Shown piece by piece: positions 31,095 to 40,413 of a stretch of DNA of 64,000 nt. The translations under genes and the position numbers were made by a program. This DNA comes from Candidatus Saccharimonadales bacterium (GTDB lineage Bacteria; Patescibacteriota; Saccharimonadia; Saccharimonadales; DASZAF01), in NCBI GenBank assembly GCA_035480055.1, contig DATIIB010000007.1, forward strand, positions 68,360 to 132,359. The letters run 5' to 3'. The notes under the pieces are model-generated. The model saw nothing but the letters and a program-made list of their open reading frames with translations. It had not been told where the DNA came from and made no database searches. Position 1 is the first letter of the stretch. Each line of letters begins with the position of its first letter.

Positions 31095-31673
31095 CTACCA
31101 CACGTGGTTGTGCAGAATATCCAAAATCTGGTGATAGTGTAAATAGTAAAAAGCTGCGTTGAACGCGAGCAAACCAGGAAAGACGATGAGCGTCTCACCA
31201 GCTTTGCCCGTAGTGATACGCAGCTTTTTAAGTGGCGGAACCCCAAATTTAATCGGCACTGGCAAAAGCCACGGCACGCCTTCTTTGGTAAGGGTGTCCA
31301 TAATCAGGTGCGAGACCATGCCGATCATAAAGGCCCACCATACCAAACCGCTGTCGATCGAACCCATAATCGGGTGCAAAAAGTGCAGCAACAAGTGCAC
31401 CAGGTACCCAAAAAGAGCGAGCCCCAAAAGTGAATGGGTAATAAAGCGATGGCCGCCAAGCAGTTTGTCAAAAATCCGCCCGATCGTCCCACCAACAGGC
31501 AGGTTTCGCCAAAAAGGTGCGGTTGGCTGATCGATGTCTGGCGTAATACCACCGATCAAGTTGGCAAACACCGCCAAGATAGCAGTCGCCAAAGTGATAT
31601 TCTGAATCGGCCGCAGCAGAAAAATGACGCCAAGGGCGGTAATCGCGGCAAGGTCATGAGTTCGAGCAGTCAT
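31095..31673 (-). CDS. membrane-bound metal-dependent hydrolase (YdjM/DUF457-like)
   Basis: The ORF runs to 31775, but the probable start is MTARTHD at 31673. His-rich TM protein (HRFITHSLLG, HLIMD). Confidence 0.65.
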   Translation of the reverse strand: MTARTHDLAAITALGVIFLLRPIQNITLATAILAVFANLIGGITPDIDQPTAPFWRNLPVGGTIGRIFDKLLGGHRFITHSLLGLALFGYLVHLLLHFLHPIMGSIDSGLVWWAFMIGMVSHLIMDTLTKEGVPWLLPVPIKFGVPPLKKLRITTGKAGETLIVFPGLLAFNAAFYYLHYHQILDILHNHVW

Positions 31674-31762
31674 GCAGTAAGTGTAGCAAACTTTAAGCGT
31701 AGGCGGGAACCAATATACGCGCCAGGAGTATAATAGAGATAGGTAACGAGTGGAGGTAGCGT

Positions 31763-32143
31763 ATGAAAAAGCCACGCAAACCAGACATTTTTACTCGCTT
31801 TACTTCTGTAGTCTCGACTGCTCTCGGACGACCATGGGTCTTTGTGGCGGCACTCGCTGTGCTGGTTGTATGGGCGCTCAGCGGTCCGGTCCTGGGATTT
31901 TCTAACACCTGGCAGCTTATCATCAATACCAGCACCACAATCATCACGTTCCTGATGGTCTTTATTATTCAGAATACTCAGAACCGCGACACACTCGCCA
32001 TCAAAATTAAGCTCGATGCCATTATGCGCGAGCTCGGCATTGAGCGCGATGACCTGCTTCGAGCTGATCAGCAAAGCGATGGACAACTCGAGAAAGATAA
32101 ACGAAAAATCGAAAAGAAAAAGCGGCCGCGCAAAAAGCGGTAA
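31763..32143 (+). CDS. low-affinity iron permease family protein
   Basis: 126 aa with the block FSNTWQLIINTSTTIITFLMVFIIQNTQNRD typical of this family. Confidence 0.8.
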   Translation: MKKPRKPDIFTRFTSVVSTALGRPWVFVAALAVLVVWALSGPVLGFSNTWQLIINTSTTIITFLMVFIIQNTQNRDTLAIKIKLDAIMRELGIERDDLLRADQQSDGQLEKDKRKIEKKKRPRKKR

Positions 32144-32146
32144 CGA

Positions 32147-32893
32147 CTACCGCACCGCGTTCACCACCAGCACCACTCCAGCAATTGCGATCGTAATAGC
32201 CATAACAATACTCACAAACTGGTCGCCTTTTTTGAGCGCGATCTTTGAGCCAAAATGCGTGCCCACAAAAACCGAAGCTAGCCCGACAATGCCATACGAA
32301 AGCACCACAAAACCACTCACCAACAAGGCAACAAACGTAATCGGCGTCAGTACCGCCATCACCGCTCGCTTGGTCGCATTAGCCTCAAGCTTGGTTGTCC
32401 CAAAAAGGAGCGTAAGCACAAACAGCGCCAGGCTCCCCACCCCACTGCCAAACAACGATTGAATCACCAGCACTCCAGTGTACGATATATATCCGGCGAT
32501 TCGGTGCTTTCTGGTTGGCGTATGCACCGCCTTCTTTTTTAAAAAGAGCGTCGGGATCAGCAAAATAAGAATAACGCCCAGGATCAGCTGAAAAGCCTTG
32601 CTATCTATGGCAGAAAAAACAAAAGGTGTCGTAATTCCGACAACCACGGCCGTGGGAATCATCACTTTCAAGATATCTTTGCGAATATGCCCGCTTTTGG
32701 AAAAAGCCCACAAACCACCGAACGCCGCCCCGAGACCGTTCATCTTCCCAGTAGCCACTGCATTCTGCGGCGGAATGCCCACCAAAATAAAGGCAGGGAT
32801 CATCAGCATACCGCCGCCACCGCCGCTAATACCTGATAAGATTCCCGAGACCACACCGGACACACCGATAAAAATATAGGGCAAAGCTCCCAT
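32147..32893 (-). CDS. TauE/SafE family anion exporter
   Basis: 248 aa, polytopic, with the GISGGGGGMLMIP motif. Confidence 0.8.
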   Translation of the reverse strand: MGALPYIFIGVSGVVSGILSGISGGGGGMLMIPAFILVGIPPQNAVATGKMNGLGAAFGGLWAFSKSGHIRKDILKVMIPTAVVVGITTPFVFSAIDSKAFQLILGVILILLIPTLFLKKKAVHTPTRKHRIAGYISYTGVLVIQSLFGSGVGSLALFVLTLLFGTTKLEANATKRAVMAVLTPITFVALLVSGFVVLSYGIVGLASVFVGTHFGSKIALKKGDQFVSIVMAITIAIAGVVLVVNAVR

Positions 32894-32938
32894 GGCCTAA
32901 TGATAGCAAAAAGAAAGATGGGATAGCTGCACGGTTAC

Positions 32939-33529
32939 TCAAAGAGAATGCTTCTTATTCCCAAATACTCGCGTAAGCGCTGCGTAGTCTTCCTGTACTT
33001 CGGCTCTCTCATCCGTAAAGAAGATCTTAGGCCCAAAATCACGTGCAATCTTCTGCGTAAACCACTCCTGCCATTCTTTGTAGGAACTGATACCTTCCGG
33101 TCGATTCATAAAACAGATCACTGGGAAAAAGTTTGTCTGTAGATGCCACATACCGTCGGCAGTAGCCAGTACTTTGCCTTCCATGGTCGTTGGGAGATGA
33201 CCAGGATGACAGGAATGGGTTCGAATAGCTTCAAGAATGTCATCACGAACCGCTTTGCGAAATCCAGCCTTTTTAAGTATCACTTTGCTTGTTTCCCAAG
33301 ACCACGCGTCAAATGCTTCATGACCTCTCTCATATTTACTGTCGCCGAGATCATGCAACAAGGCTGCACAATAGGCTCTTTCGCTGTCCGCACCATATTT
33401 CTTTGCCAACTTCTTGGCTTTGTCGGCGACCCATTGCGTATGATGCTGCCACATCCATTTGCCCATACTGGTTGTAGCAACCTGATATAATGCACGCACT
33501 TCAGCTAAAACTTTTTGGCTTTTATCCAT
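32939..33529 (-). CDS. HD-domain phosphohydrolase
   Basis: 196 aa with HH...ALLHDLGD. Confidence 0.75.
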   Translation of the reverse strand: MDKSQKVLAEVRALYQVATTSMGKWMWQHHTQWVADKAKKLAKKYGADSERAYCAALLHDLGDSKYERGHEAFDAWSWETSKVILKKAGFRKAVRDDILEAIRTHSCHPGHLPTTMEGKVLATADGMWHLQTNFFPVICFMNRPEGISSYKEWQEWFTQKIARDFGPKIFFTDERAEVQEDYAALTRVFGNKKHSL

Positions 33530-33579
33530 CGCGGTTATTCCCTCGCTATTGCCAATGATTAAATTAAAGGCGTTGAGCG

Positions 33580-33996
33580 TTAATCCACCAACCCTTGTGC
33601 ATGCAATGTTGGCAGAACCTGACCACCGAAAATCGAACCAACTTGAATGTCAGTTGGCAGATCAGAAGTAAGCCAACGAAGTTCCTCAATTTCGGCGCTC
33701 GCTTTGATCGCGCCTTTCCATTTCTTCACAATAAACGCTTGCATATGAACCGTTCGGCCTTTGTGGTTCGCGGCCGCGGCAGTGTACTCACCAAAAAACT
33801 CAAGATCTGCTGCATCTACATCGATCGCCAACTCTTCCTTTAGTTCTCGAACAAGCGCTTGCTTGGCAGTTTCACCTTCTTCAAGCTTGCCACCTGGATC
33901 AATAAAGAATTCCATATCTTTGGCGCGAGTAAACAACAGCTTGCGATCTTGAATGATAATACCCGCTGATTTATAGATGTCTTGTGTGTCGGTCAT
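33580..33996 (-). CDS. NUDIX hydrolase (MutT-like)
   Basis: 138 aa with Nudix box GGKLEEGETAKQALVRELKEELAI. Confidence 0.85.
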   Translation of the reverse strand: MTDTQDIYKSAGIIIQDRKLLFTRAKDMEFFIDPGGKLEEGETAKQALVRELKEELAIDVDAADLEFFGEYTAAAANHKGRTVHMQAFIVKKWKGAIKASAEIEELRWLTSDLPTDIQVGSIFGGQVLPTLHAQGLVD

Positions 33997-34078
33997 AGGG
34001 AAAGTATAGCATTGACTGCAAGGACACAGCTCATCCGAGGGACTGTTTTTTAAGCAAGTATTTATTGTATCGTAAGTA

Positions 34079-34609
34079 GTGACTCAACTATTACACTATA
34101 CTCAAAACCCGAGAAGGAACATCAATATGTCAACACACGCCCCTAAACACATCTCTTCGACTCAAGGTCTAGGACTCAACACCACAAAGACAATGAAGTT
34201 CCTATCAGACAATCTTGGCATTGGCACCGAGGTATGGAATGAGCTAGAAGAACCATGGCAGGAAGGCGACGTTGTTATTGCTGAGCCTGGCTACAAATGG
34301 GTGACTAAGTGGGAGACCGGCAAGCCGTATATCATTAATAAATTCCATAACGCCTCTGGCCAGCTGGTTGGGGTGTATTGCGATGTCGCTCGACCTATTC
34401 GACTGACGAAAGATGGATTTGAATTTGATGATTTATACCTAGACGTCTGGCAAATCCCTGGTAAAGATCCAATCATCCTAGATGAAGATGAGCTTGAGGC
34501 CGCATTAGAAGCTGGATATATTTCCGCAGACGAAGCAGCTGAAGCGAGAAGGATCGCCCTCTTTCTTGTAAAAGAATTGCAAAACAATAAAGACTTCCTC
34601 ATTTTCTAA
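34079..34609 (+). CDS. DUF402-family protein (nucleoside di/triphosphatase-like)
   Basis: 176 aa with the FDDLYLDVW block. Probable start at MSTHAPK (34127). Confidence 0.65.
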   Translation: MTQLLHYTQNPRRNINMSTHAPKHISSTQGLGLNTTKTMKFLSDNLGIGTEVWNELEEPWQEGDVVIAEPGYKWVTKWETGKPYIINKFHNASGQLVGVYCDVARPIRLTKDGFEFDDLYLDVWQIPGKDPIILDEDELEAALEAGYISADEAAEARRIALFLVKELQNNKDFLIF

Positions 34610-34676
34610 AGTCAAGCCACGAGAAACTAAAAACAGCACCGCCAATATGACGATGCTGTTTGACCAGCTGGAAGTT

Positions 34677-34862
34677 CTACTTCCAGCCGAAGGCCTGGCT
34701 CAAGATCCAAAGCGTTGTCGCAATGGAAATAAAGAACAGGCCCAGACCAACCGGGCTACCCCAGCTGAACCACGAGCCCCACGAGCGCCAGTTTTTCATA
34801 CTCGCCTCGTAGCTCCAGCCGTGATCCTTTTGGTCTTGGAGACTTTTGCCTTGCTGTTGCAT
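34677..34862 (-). CDS. possible small Trp-rich membrane protein
   Basis: 61 aa with AAAGGGA upstream of the ATG. W-rich segment followed by one TM helix. The competing plus-strand ORF looks non-protein-like. Confidence 0.35.
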   Translation of the reverse strand: MQQQGKSLQDQKDHGWSYEASMKNWRSWGSWFSWGSPVGLGLFFISIATTLWILSQAFGWK

Positions 34863-34886
34863 AAGCGTCCCTTTGTTAACTAGTGA

Positions 34887-34995
34887 GAGCCTGTCGCCGA
34901 ACTGGCTCGACGATATCCCTTAGGCGCAGGCTTACTCATTCCTCGCGGTGGTCCTAACGTCCGTCCATGTCGTTCGCCGAATGAGCAGCGCATGG
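34887..34995. other. two hairpins displaying the same loop heptamer CGCCGAA (candidate structured RNA/regulatory element)
   Basis: Hairpin 1: GAGCC-tgtcgccgaact-GGCTC (34887-34908). Hairpin 2: CCATG-t-CGTT-cgccgaatgagc-AGCG-CATGG (34965-34995). Both lie in a 227-bp intergenic gap. Confidence 0.2.
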
Positions 34996-35089
34996 GTGCA
35001 ATGGGACGACCACGTTACCAATATTAAAGCATAAAGGAGGGGAGATCACAACCAGAAGCATTGTTGCGTTGCTCGTAGAAGTTTACCAG

Positions 35090-35509
35090 CTAGCGCTTTT
35101 CGCCCCTAAAAATCCACTGAATGCCATACCTGTCGTAAAACTGGCCATACAGTCCGAATGGCATTTCATGCAGTTCTTGCAAGCGAGTATTGTTGTCGCC
35201 ATCTTTGAGCTTGTCGAAAATCGTTTGCAGTTCCTCAGGAGTATCACCGGTCACAAATATCGCAAAGGTATTGCCGGCAATTGGGTCAAAATCAGGAGAA
35301 GCCATCCAGTCAGTAGCTGAGATTTCAATCTCACCGCTTTTGAGATGCGCGTTAATAATTCGCTCGTGCTTCTCTGGCGGCAATGCGGTTTTCATGGGAG
35401 TATCGCCGAGTTTGGTCAGCGTGAGTTCGCCGCCGATACATTCATGATAAAAAGTCATTGCCTCGGCGCAGTTGCCATCGAACAATAGAAAGGGCGTTGA
35501 ACGTAGCAT
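35090..35509 (-). CDS. PhnB-like VOC family protein
   Basis: 139 aa with the N-terminus PFLLFDGNCAEAMTFYHECIGGEL typical of the PhnB/3-demethylubiquinone methyltransferase-like fold. Confidence 0.75.
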   Translation of the reverse strand: MLRSTPFLLFDGNCAEAMTFYHECIGGELTLTKLGDTPMKTALPPEKHERIINAHLKSGEIEISATDWMASPDFDPIAGNTFAIFVTGDTPEELQTIFDKLKDGDNNTRLQELHEMPFGLYGQFYDRYGIQWIFRGEKR

Positions 35510-35571
35510 ATTAGGGTAAGTATATCAGCAAAACCCAGCGATTATCAGATCTAGCAATTTTCCCCACTATA

Positions 35572-35601
35572 TTGCAAAACTATAAGCATTGGGAGTACAA
35601 T
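35572..35601 (+). promoter_or_regulatory. candidate sigma70-type promoter upstream of dabA
   Basis: TTGCAA, 18-nt spacer, TACAAT. This would give a ~150-nt leader. Confidence 0.3.
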
Positions 35602-35753
35602 ACGAGTGTCTAAAGGTGATTAGTTCATTTGTTAGAGCGCCCCATTTACACTGAGGGCATGCGCGATAACTTATTCGTCACCTAGTATATTCAACTCCGA
35701 CGCGAATTGAATTCAAAGGATACCACGCATTTCAACTGGATGCAGATTTAGTT

Positions 35754-38309
35754 ATGTCTCAAAAATACCCCCATCATTTTGATGAAGAGCACGTGCTGCA
35801 TGTGCTCAAGCATTATTTGCCTACGCAAGGTCCGCTCAAGGACTTTGTGCATCACAACACGCTGCACGCCTTTCAGGATATGAAATTTTATGACGCAATC
35901 TTTAAAGCGTCGGCAATTTTTGGCTACCAAACCACACTTTCACTCACGGAATATCGAGATCTTTACGCGATCGGACGAATAACTCCAGAGGTCCTCGCGA
36001 GCGTCATCAAAGACAGAAAAGGAAGCAAAGATTTCGAGGAGTGGCACACCAAAGCGCTCTCCCAAGAATACGATTGGACTCTCGAACCGCGAATCGGAAA
36101 ACTAAGAAAAGAGTGGCAGCAACTGTACCAAATCGATATGGATAATGCGGTGCAGCCGCTTTTGTTCCGCACTATCTGTAGCTATATTGATCAAGGAATC
36201 GCCATTTCGCCGTTTCCCTTTGAGGACAAAGGCCTTTTGAACGCTCTGCGCAACCTGGAAGATCACAGCTTGGTCAGTTTTTTCAAAACGAAACGAGCGC
36301 GTGATCTTCTGCACGATACGTCATGCACCATCACCAATCTCCTTGAGATTGTGGTGGGCAAAGGCAAAGAAGCCTACTTTGCGCAATATATCTATGACCA
36401 ACAGTTTGCGCACCGTGGATGGTCTGGCATTGTCGCGACCCTCGAAGAAAAGCCAGAGTCGCTCTTGTACCCAAAGAAGATTGCTCTCGGCGACATGATA
36501 ACTCTTGAACTTCTGCTCGAGATTGATACCCTAACCAGCCGGTTAGACAACGATTGGCAACCATTAGGAAACACTGTAACGCAGCCACCAATAGATATGT
36601 TTGCTGACGAACCCCCCACCGAGCTGCACGAAGTGATTAAAATCTGGCAAGATGCGTTTGAGTGGAGTTACTACGACACCGTGCTCTCGGGCATCGCGCA
36701 TACGCTGCCCGCCAGTTCGACCGCCAAAGAACCCAGCAAAAAGAGTTTTCAAGCTATCTTTTGCATCGACGATCGAGAATATTCCTTGCGCACCTACACC
36801 GAAAGTCTGGATAGTCATTGCGAAACATTTGGCGCCCCTGGCTTCTTTGGGGTCGAGTTCTTTTTTCACCCAGCTCACGCCAAATTTTATGACAAGCTTT
36901 GTCCCGCACCGGTCACTCCCAAATACTTGATCAAAGAAGTGGCCAAGGATAATGCGCATGTACACGAAAAAGAAATCATGTACACCAAGCATTCCCACAA
37001 ACTGGTAAGAGGTTTTCTCTTTTCGTATCTGCTCGGGATCCCCGCCATGGGCAAGCTGGTCGTCAACCTCATAAATCCTTCCATGAGCCCAGCGATTGCT
37101 GACGCATTTGGTCACATGGACCCAACCGCCGACTTAACGATTGTGCATACTGGGGCACATGACAAAGAGAAAGGTTTACAGGTAGGGTTTACGGTCAAAG
37201 AGATGGCCGACCGCGTTGAAAAATTACTCCGCAGCATCGGCCTGACCAAGAATTTTTCTTCGCTTGTGTATGTAATCGGCCACGGCTCAAGCAGCGCCAA
37301 CAATCCGCATCATGGTGCGCACGACTGTGGCGCATGCAGCGGACGACCGGGTTTGGTGAACGCTCGGGTTTTCGCCTACATGGCAAATTACCAACCGGTG
37401 CGAGAATTGCTCGAGGCGCGTCATCTGTCCATACCTGCATCGACTCAATTCTTGGGCGGCCTGCACGACACAGCGTCTGACGAAGTCAAATTTTATGACG
37501 AAGATACCCTGACAGAAAAAAACAGCAAGCTGCACCGCAAGAACCAGCAACTTTTTGAAGAAGCGCTTGATCTTAACGCCAAAGAACGATCGCGCAGATT
37601 TATGTCGATCAGCACAAAGCAACGCATCAAAGGGATTCGGCACGACATCAAAAAACGTTCGGTTTCGTATTACGAACCAAGGCCGGAACTGGGGCATGGC
37701 ACCAATGCGCTGTGCGTAGTAGGAAAAAGAGATCTTACCAAACATCTCTTTTTGGATCGGAGAGCATTCCTCAACTCTTACGATTACGCGAGCGACCCAG
37801 AGGGTGCGCTGCTCCTAAATGTACTCACGCCTCTCGGAACAGTTTGCGGCGGCATTAATCTGGAATATTTCTTTTCCCGCATGGACAATTACAAATTGGG
37901 CGCGGGCACCAAGCTACCTCACAATGTCATGGGGCTGATCGGAGTTTCAAATAGCAGCGACGGCGACCTTCGTTCCGGACTTCCCCTCCAGATGGTCGAG
38001 GTACACGACCCAGTGCGGCTCCTGATGATTGTTGAACATCGCCCGGAAGTGGTGAAGAAAGTTATACAATCCAACCCCGATCTGTATCAATGGTTCGCCA
38101 ACGAGTGGATTCATCTCATTGCCGTTCACCCCGAAGAAAAAACGCTCTATGTCTTTAGGCAAGGAGCATTTGTCCCGTACGCGCCGCTCACCAAAAAATT
38201 ACCTACCGTCCATGACATACCTCACATGCTTGAAACCACCCCCAAGATGAAGACAAACCATATCCTGGATGCCACCCGAGAAAACTTACCCGTGCACATC
38301 ATAAAATAG
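35754..38309 (+). CDS. dabA: DUF2309 protein, DabA subunit of DAB inorganic-carbon pump
   Basis: 851 aa with N-terminus LKHYLPTQGPLKDFVHHNTLHAF. Putative Zn-site blocks FCIDDRE and GHGSSSANNPHHGAHDCGACSG. Confidence 0.85.
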   Translation: MSQKYPHHFDEEHVLHVLKHYLPTQGPLKDFVHHNTLHAFQDMKFYDAIFKASAIFGYQTTLSLTEYRDLYAIGRITPEVLASVIKDRKGSKDFEEWHTKALSQEYDWTLEPRIGKLRKEWQQLYQIDMDNAVQPLLFRTICSYIDQGIAISPFPFEDKGLLNALRNLEDHSLVSFFKTKRARDLLHDTSCTITNLLEIVVGKGKEAYFAQYIYDQQFAHRGWSGIVATLEEKPESLLYPKKIALGDMITLELLLEIDTLTSRLDNDWQPLGNTVTQPPIDMFADEPPTELHEVIKIWQDAFEWSYYDTVLSGIAHTLPASSTAKEPSKKSFQAIFCIDDREYSLRTYTESLDSHCETFGAPGFFGVEFFFHPAHAKFYDKLCPAPVTPKYLIKEVAKDNAHVHEKEIMYTKHSHKLVRGFLFSYLLGIPAMGKLVVNLINPSMSPAIADAFGHMDPTADLTIVHTGAHDKEKGLQVGFTVKEMADRVEKLLRSIGLTKNFSSLVYVIGHGSSSANNPHHGAHDCGACSGRPGLVNARVFAYMANYQPVRELLEARHLSIPASTQFLGGLHDTASDEVKFYDEDTLTEKNSKLHRKNQQLFEEALDLNAKERSRRFMSISTKQRIKGIRHDIKKRSVSYYEPRPELGHGTNALCVVGKRDLTKHLFLDRRAFLNSYDYASDPEGALLLNVLTPLGTVCGGINLEYFFSRMDNYKLGAGTKLPHNVMGLIGVSNSSDGDLRSGLPLQMVEVHDPVRLLMIVEHRPEVVKKVIQSNPDLYQWFANEWIHLIAVHPEEKTLYVFRQGAFVPYAPLTKKLPTVHDIPHMLETTPKMKTNHILDATRENLPVHIIK

Positions 38310-38311
38310 CC

Positions 38312-40162
38312 ATGCTGACACAACTTCTTCCCCTACTAGCACTCATTCCCATCCTCGGTTTTGCCGGTTGTATGCTTACGCCCAAGAAAATGGAGCACAC
38401 AATTTTCGTCATAGCCATCTCTACAATACTTGTGGAGCTCGGACTGTTCTTCTTTTTTGGTTACCAGTGGCTCAGCGCCGGTTCTTCACCAGTGTTTAGA
38501 AGTGTTAGCACTTTGTATACCAGCCAGCAGTATACGTTGTCTCTGGAGTTTTACTTTGACCGGCTTGCGGCGGTATTTTTGGGCATGGCCACGCTGATGA
38601 CCACCCTGGTTTTTATCTTTAGCAAATACTACATGCACCGCGAACAGGGGTTCAAACGATTTTATAGCACGATCTTTCTCTTTTTTATTGGATTGTCCCT
38701 GGCCATTCTGGCGGGCAACTTTGAAGTATTATTCGTGGGTTGGGAGTTGATTGGGGTTAGTTCTATACTGCTCATCGCCTTTTACAGAGATCGGTTTCTG
38801 CCCGCCAGGAACGCGTTAAAGGTTTTTTCGGTCTACCGCATTGGCGATGCTTTTCTGCTGGCTGCCATCTGGTATGCGCATCATCTTTTTGAGAAGAACA
38901 TCAACTTCTCTGATTTTTCGCAGCTGATCGCGCAACATGGAAACCACTTAGCCGTACTTGGTCTGCTACTGTTTATTGCTGCCTTAATTAAATCTGCGCA
39001 ATTCCCATTCTCGTATTGGCTGCCGCGAGCCATGGAAGGTCCGACGACATCGAGCGCGATCTTTTACGGCGCGCTTTCGGTACATATGGGATTATATTTG
39101 CTGCTGAGAACCTATCCGTTCTGGGAAGGCAGCATGTCGCTCCGGATCGCCATTGGTGCTCTGGGCCTTATTACCGCAGTCGTTGCTTCATCCATCACCC
39201 GCGTCCAATCCTCTATCAAGACGCAAATTGCGTACGCATCTATCACTCAAATCGGGATCATGTTTATAGAGCTGGCCGCAGGGCTCCAGTGGCTGGTGCT
39301 GATCCACTTTGTCAGCAACGCCTCGTTACGAACATACCAGCTGCTTATTTCGCCGTCGGTTGTTAGCTATCTGGTGCATGATCAATTTTTCTACTTTGTA
39401 CCACCTGCCCAAAGGATCAAAAATACGTTCCTCGGGAAGCTCCGTGCGACCTTCTACATTCTGGGCGTCAAGGAGTGGAACATGAACACGATGGTGAGTC
39501 ATTACCTATGGGCGCCGCTGAAATCTCTTGGGCGAGCATGCACCTTCCTTGAGTCGCTTCCTACCCAAGTCCTTTCTGTGGCGCTCTTCCTGGTTGCCGC
39601 AATGGCCACCGCGTCCACAACACTGTCCGCTCATTCAACGTTCGCCATTTCCACCGCAGCAGCCATCGTTAGCATTCTCTTTTACGTACGGGCTTACACC
39701 ACCAAAAATTCTGCCAAGATTTGCTGGAATCTCATCATGCTTGGCCATCTTTTCGGTGCGCTCTTCTTGGCGTCGGCCTCAGGCTGGGACTGGAAGTATC
39801 TTCTGATGTACGGAGCGGGAGTGAGCATCGCATTCATCGTGGGCCATGTGTGCCTCTGGCACTTAAAGGCGCAAGGTGAGCCAGATACGCTGCAAGATTA
39901 CCATGGCTCCATATTTGTATTCACCAAATTAGGCCAGCTCTTTTTTATCGTATCGCTGCTCTTTATGGCGTTCCCCATTAGTCCATCCTTTTTGGCGCAG
40001 GACATTCTGCTCAGCATGATTCCAGGGAGCCACGTCTTTCAGATAGTGCTCTTTTGTTTCTCTTACTTACTAGTGGGCGTGAGCATCATGCGCTTATACA
40101 CCAAAGTTTTCTTTGGGCCGCACCAGACTAGCTATCATGAGATCGCGTATAAATCTTCGTAG
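38312..40162 (+). CDS. dabB: NuoL/MrpA-like proton-conducting membrane subunit, DabB
   Basis: 616 aa, polytopic, with the WELIGVSSILLIAFY and KSAQFPFSYWLPRAMEGPTTSSAIFYGALSVHMG blocks. Starts 3 nt after the dabA stop. Confidence 0.85.
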   Translation: MLTQLLPLLALIPILGFAGCMLTPKKMEHTIFVIAISTILVELGLFFFFGYQWLSAGSSPVFRSVSTLYTSQQYTLSLEFYFDRLAAVFLGMATLMTTLVFIFSKYYMHREQGFKRFYSTIFLFFIGLSLAILAGNFEVLFVGWELIGVSSILLIAFYRDRFLPARNALKVFSVYRIGDAFLLAAIWYAHHLFEKNINFSDFSQLIAQHGNHLAVLGLLLFIAALIKSAQFPFSYWLPRAMEGPTTSSAIFYGALSVHMGLYLLLRTYPFWEGSMSLRIAIGALGLITAVVASSITRVQSSIKTQIAYASITQIGIMFIELAAGLQWLVLIHFVSNASLRTYQLLISPSVVSYLVHDQFFYFVPPAQRIKNTFLGKLRATFYILGVKEWNMNTMVSHYLWAPLKSLGRACTFLESLPTQVLSVALFLVAAMATASTTLSAHSTFAISTAAAIVSILFYVRAYTTKNSAKICWNLIMLGHLFGALFLASASGWDWKYLLMYGAGVSIAFIVGHVCLWHLKAQGEPDTLQDYHGSIFVFTKLGQLFFIVSLLFMAFPISPSFLAQDILLSMIPGSHVFQIVLFCFSYLLVGVSIMRLYTKVFFGPHQTSYHEIAYKSS

Positions 40163-40171
40163 GAAGTGAGG

Positions 40172-40411
40172 TTACGAATTGCCTTTGGCAGCTCTATTTC
40201 CTGCCAGCGTCCAGCCCACCAGCGCATTCGCGTGACCATGCCCCATGCCGTATTCGGACTTTAGATAGGCAACGATCTGCATGTGTTTTTCGATCCCACA
40301 ATGCAAGATAATATCCTGCCACTCCGCAATAGAGCGACCATACTTTTTCTCGATTGAAGGGAAATAAGATGGCGGTCCAACCTTTGGCCATGGTGCAGAT
40401 TGCTCAGTCAT
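40172..40411 (-). CDS. DUF4287-family protein
   Basis: 79 aa with YFPSIEKKYGRSIAEW...HGHANALV. Confidence 0.7.
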   Translation of the reverse strand: MTEQSAPWPKVGPPSYFPSIEKKYGRSIAEWQDIILHCGIEKHMQIVAYLKSEYGMGHGHANALVGWTLAGNRAAKGNS

Positions 40412-40413
40412 TG

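Noticed and set aside
34863-35089. Possibility that this intergenic region encodes SRP (4.5S) RNA or a c-di-AMP (ydaO-type) riboswitch
   Set aside because: GAATGAGCAGCGC superficially resembles the GGAAGCAGCC helix-8 motif. I could not fold a GNRA-capped helix 8 or find the conserved 5' strand, and I could not find the ydaO conserved blocks I remember. It is kept only as an unclassified structured-RNA candidate.
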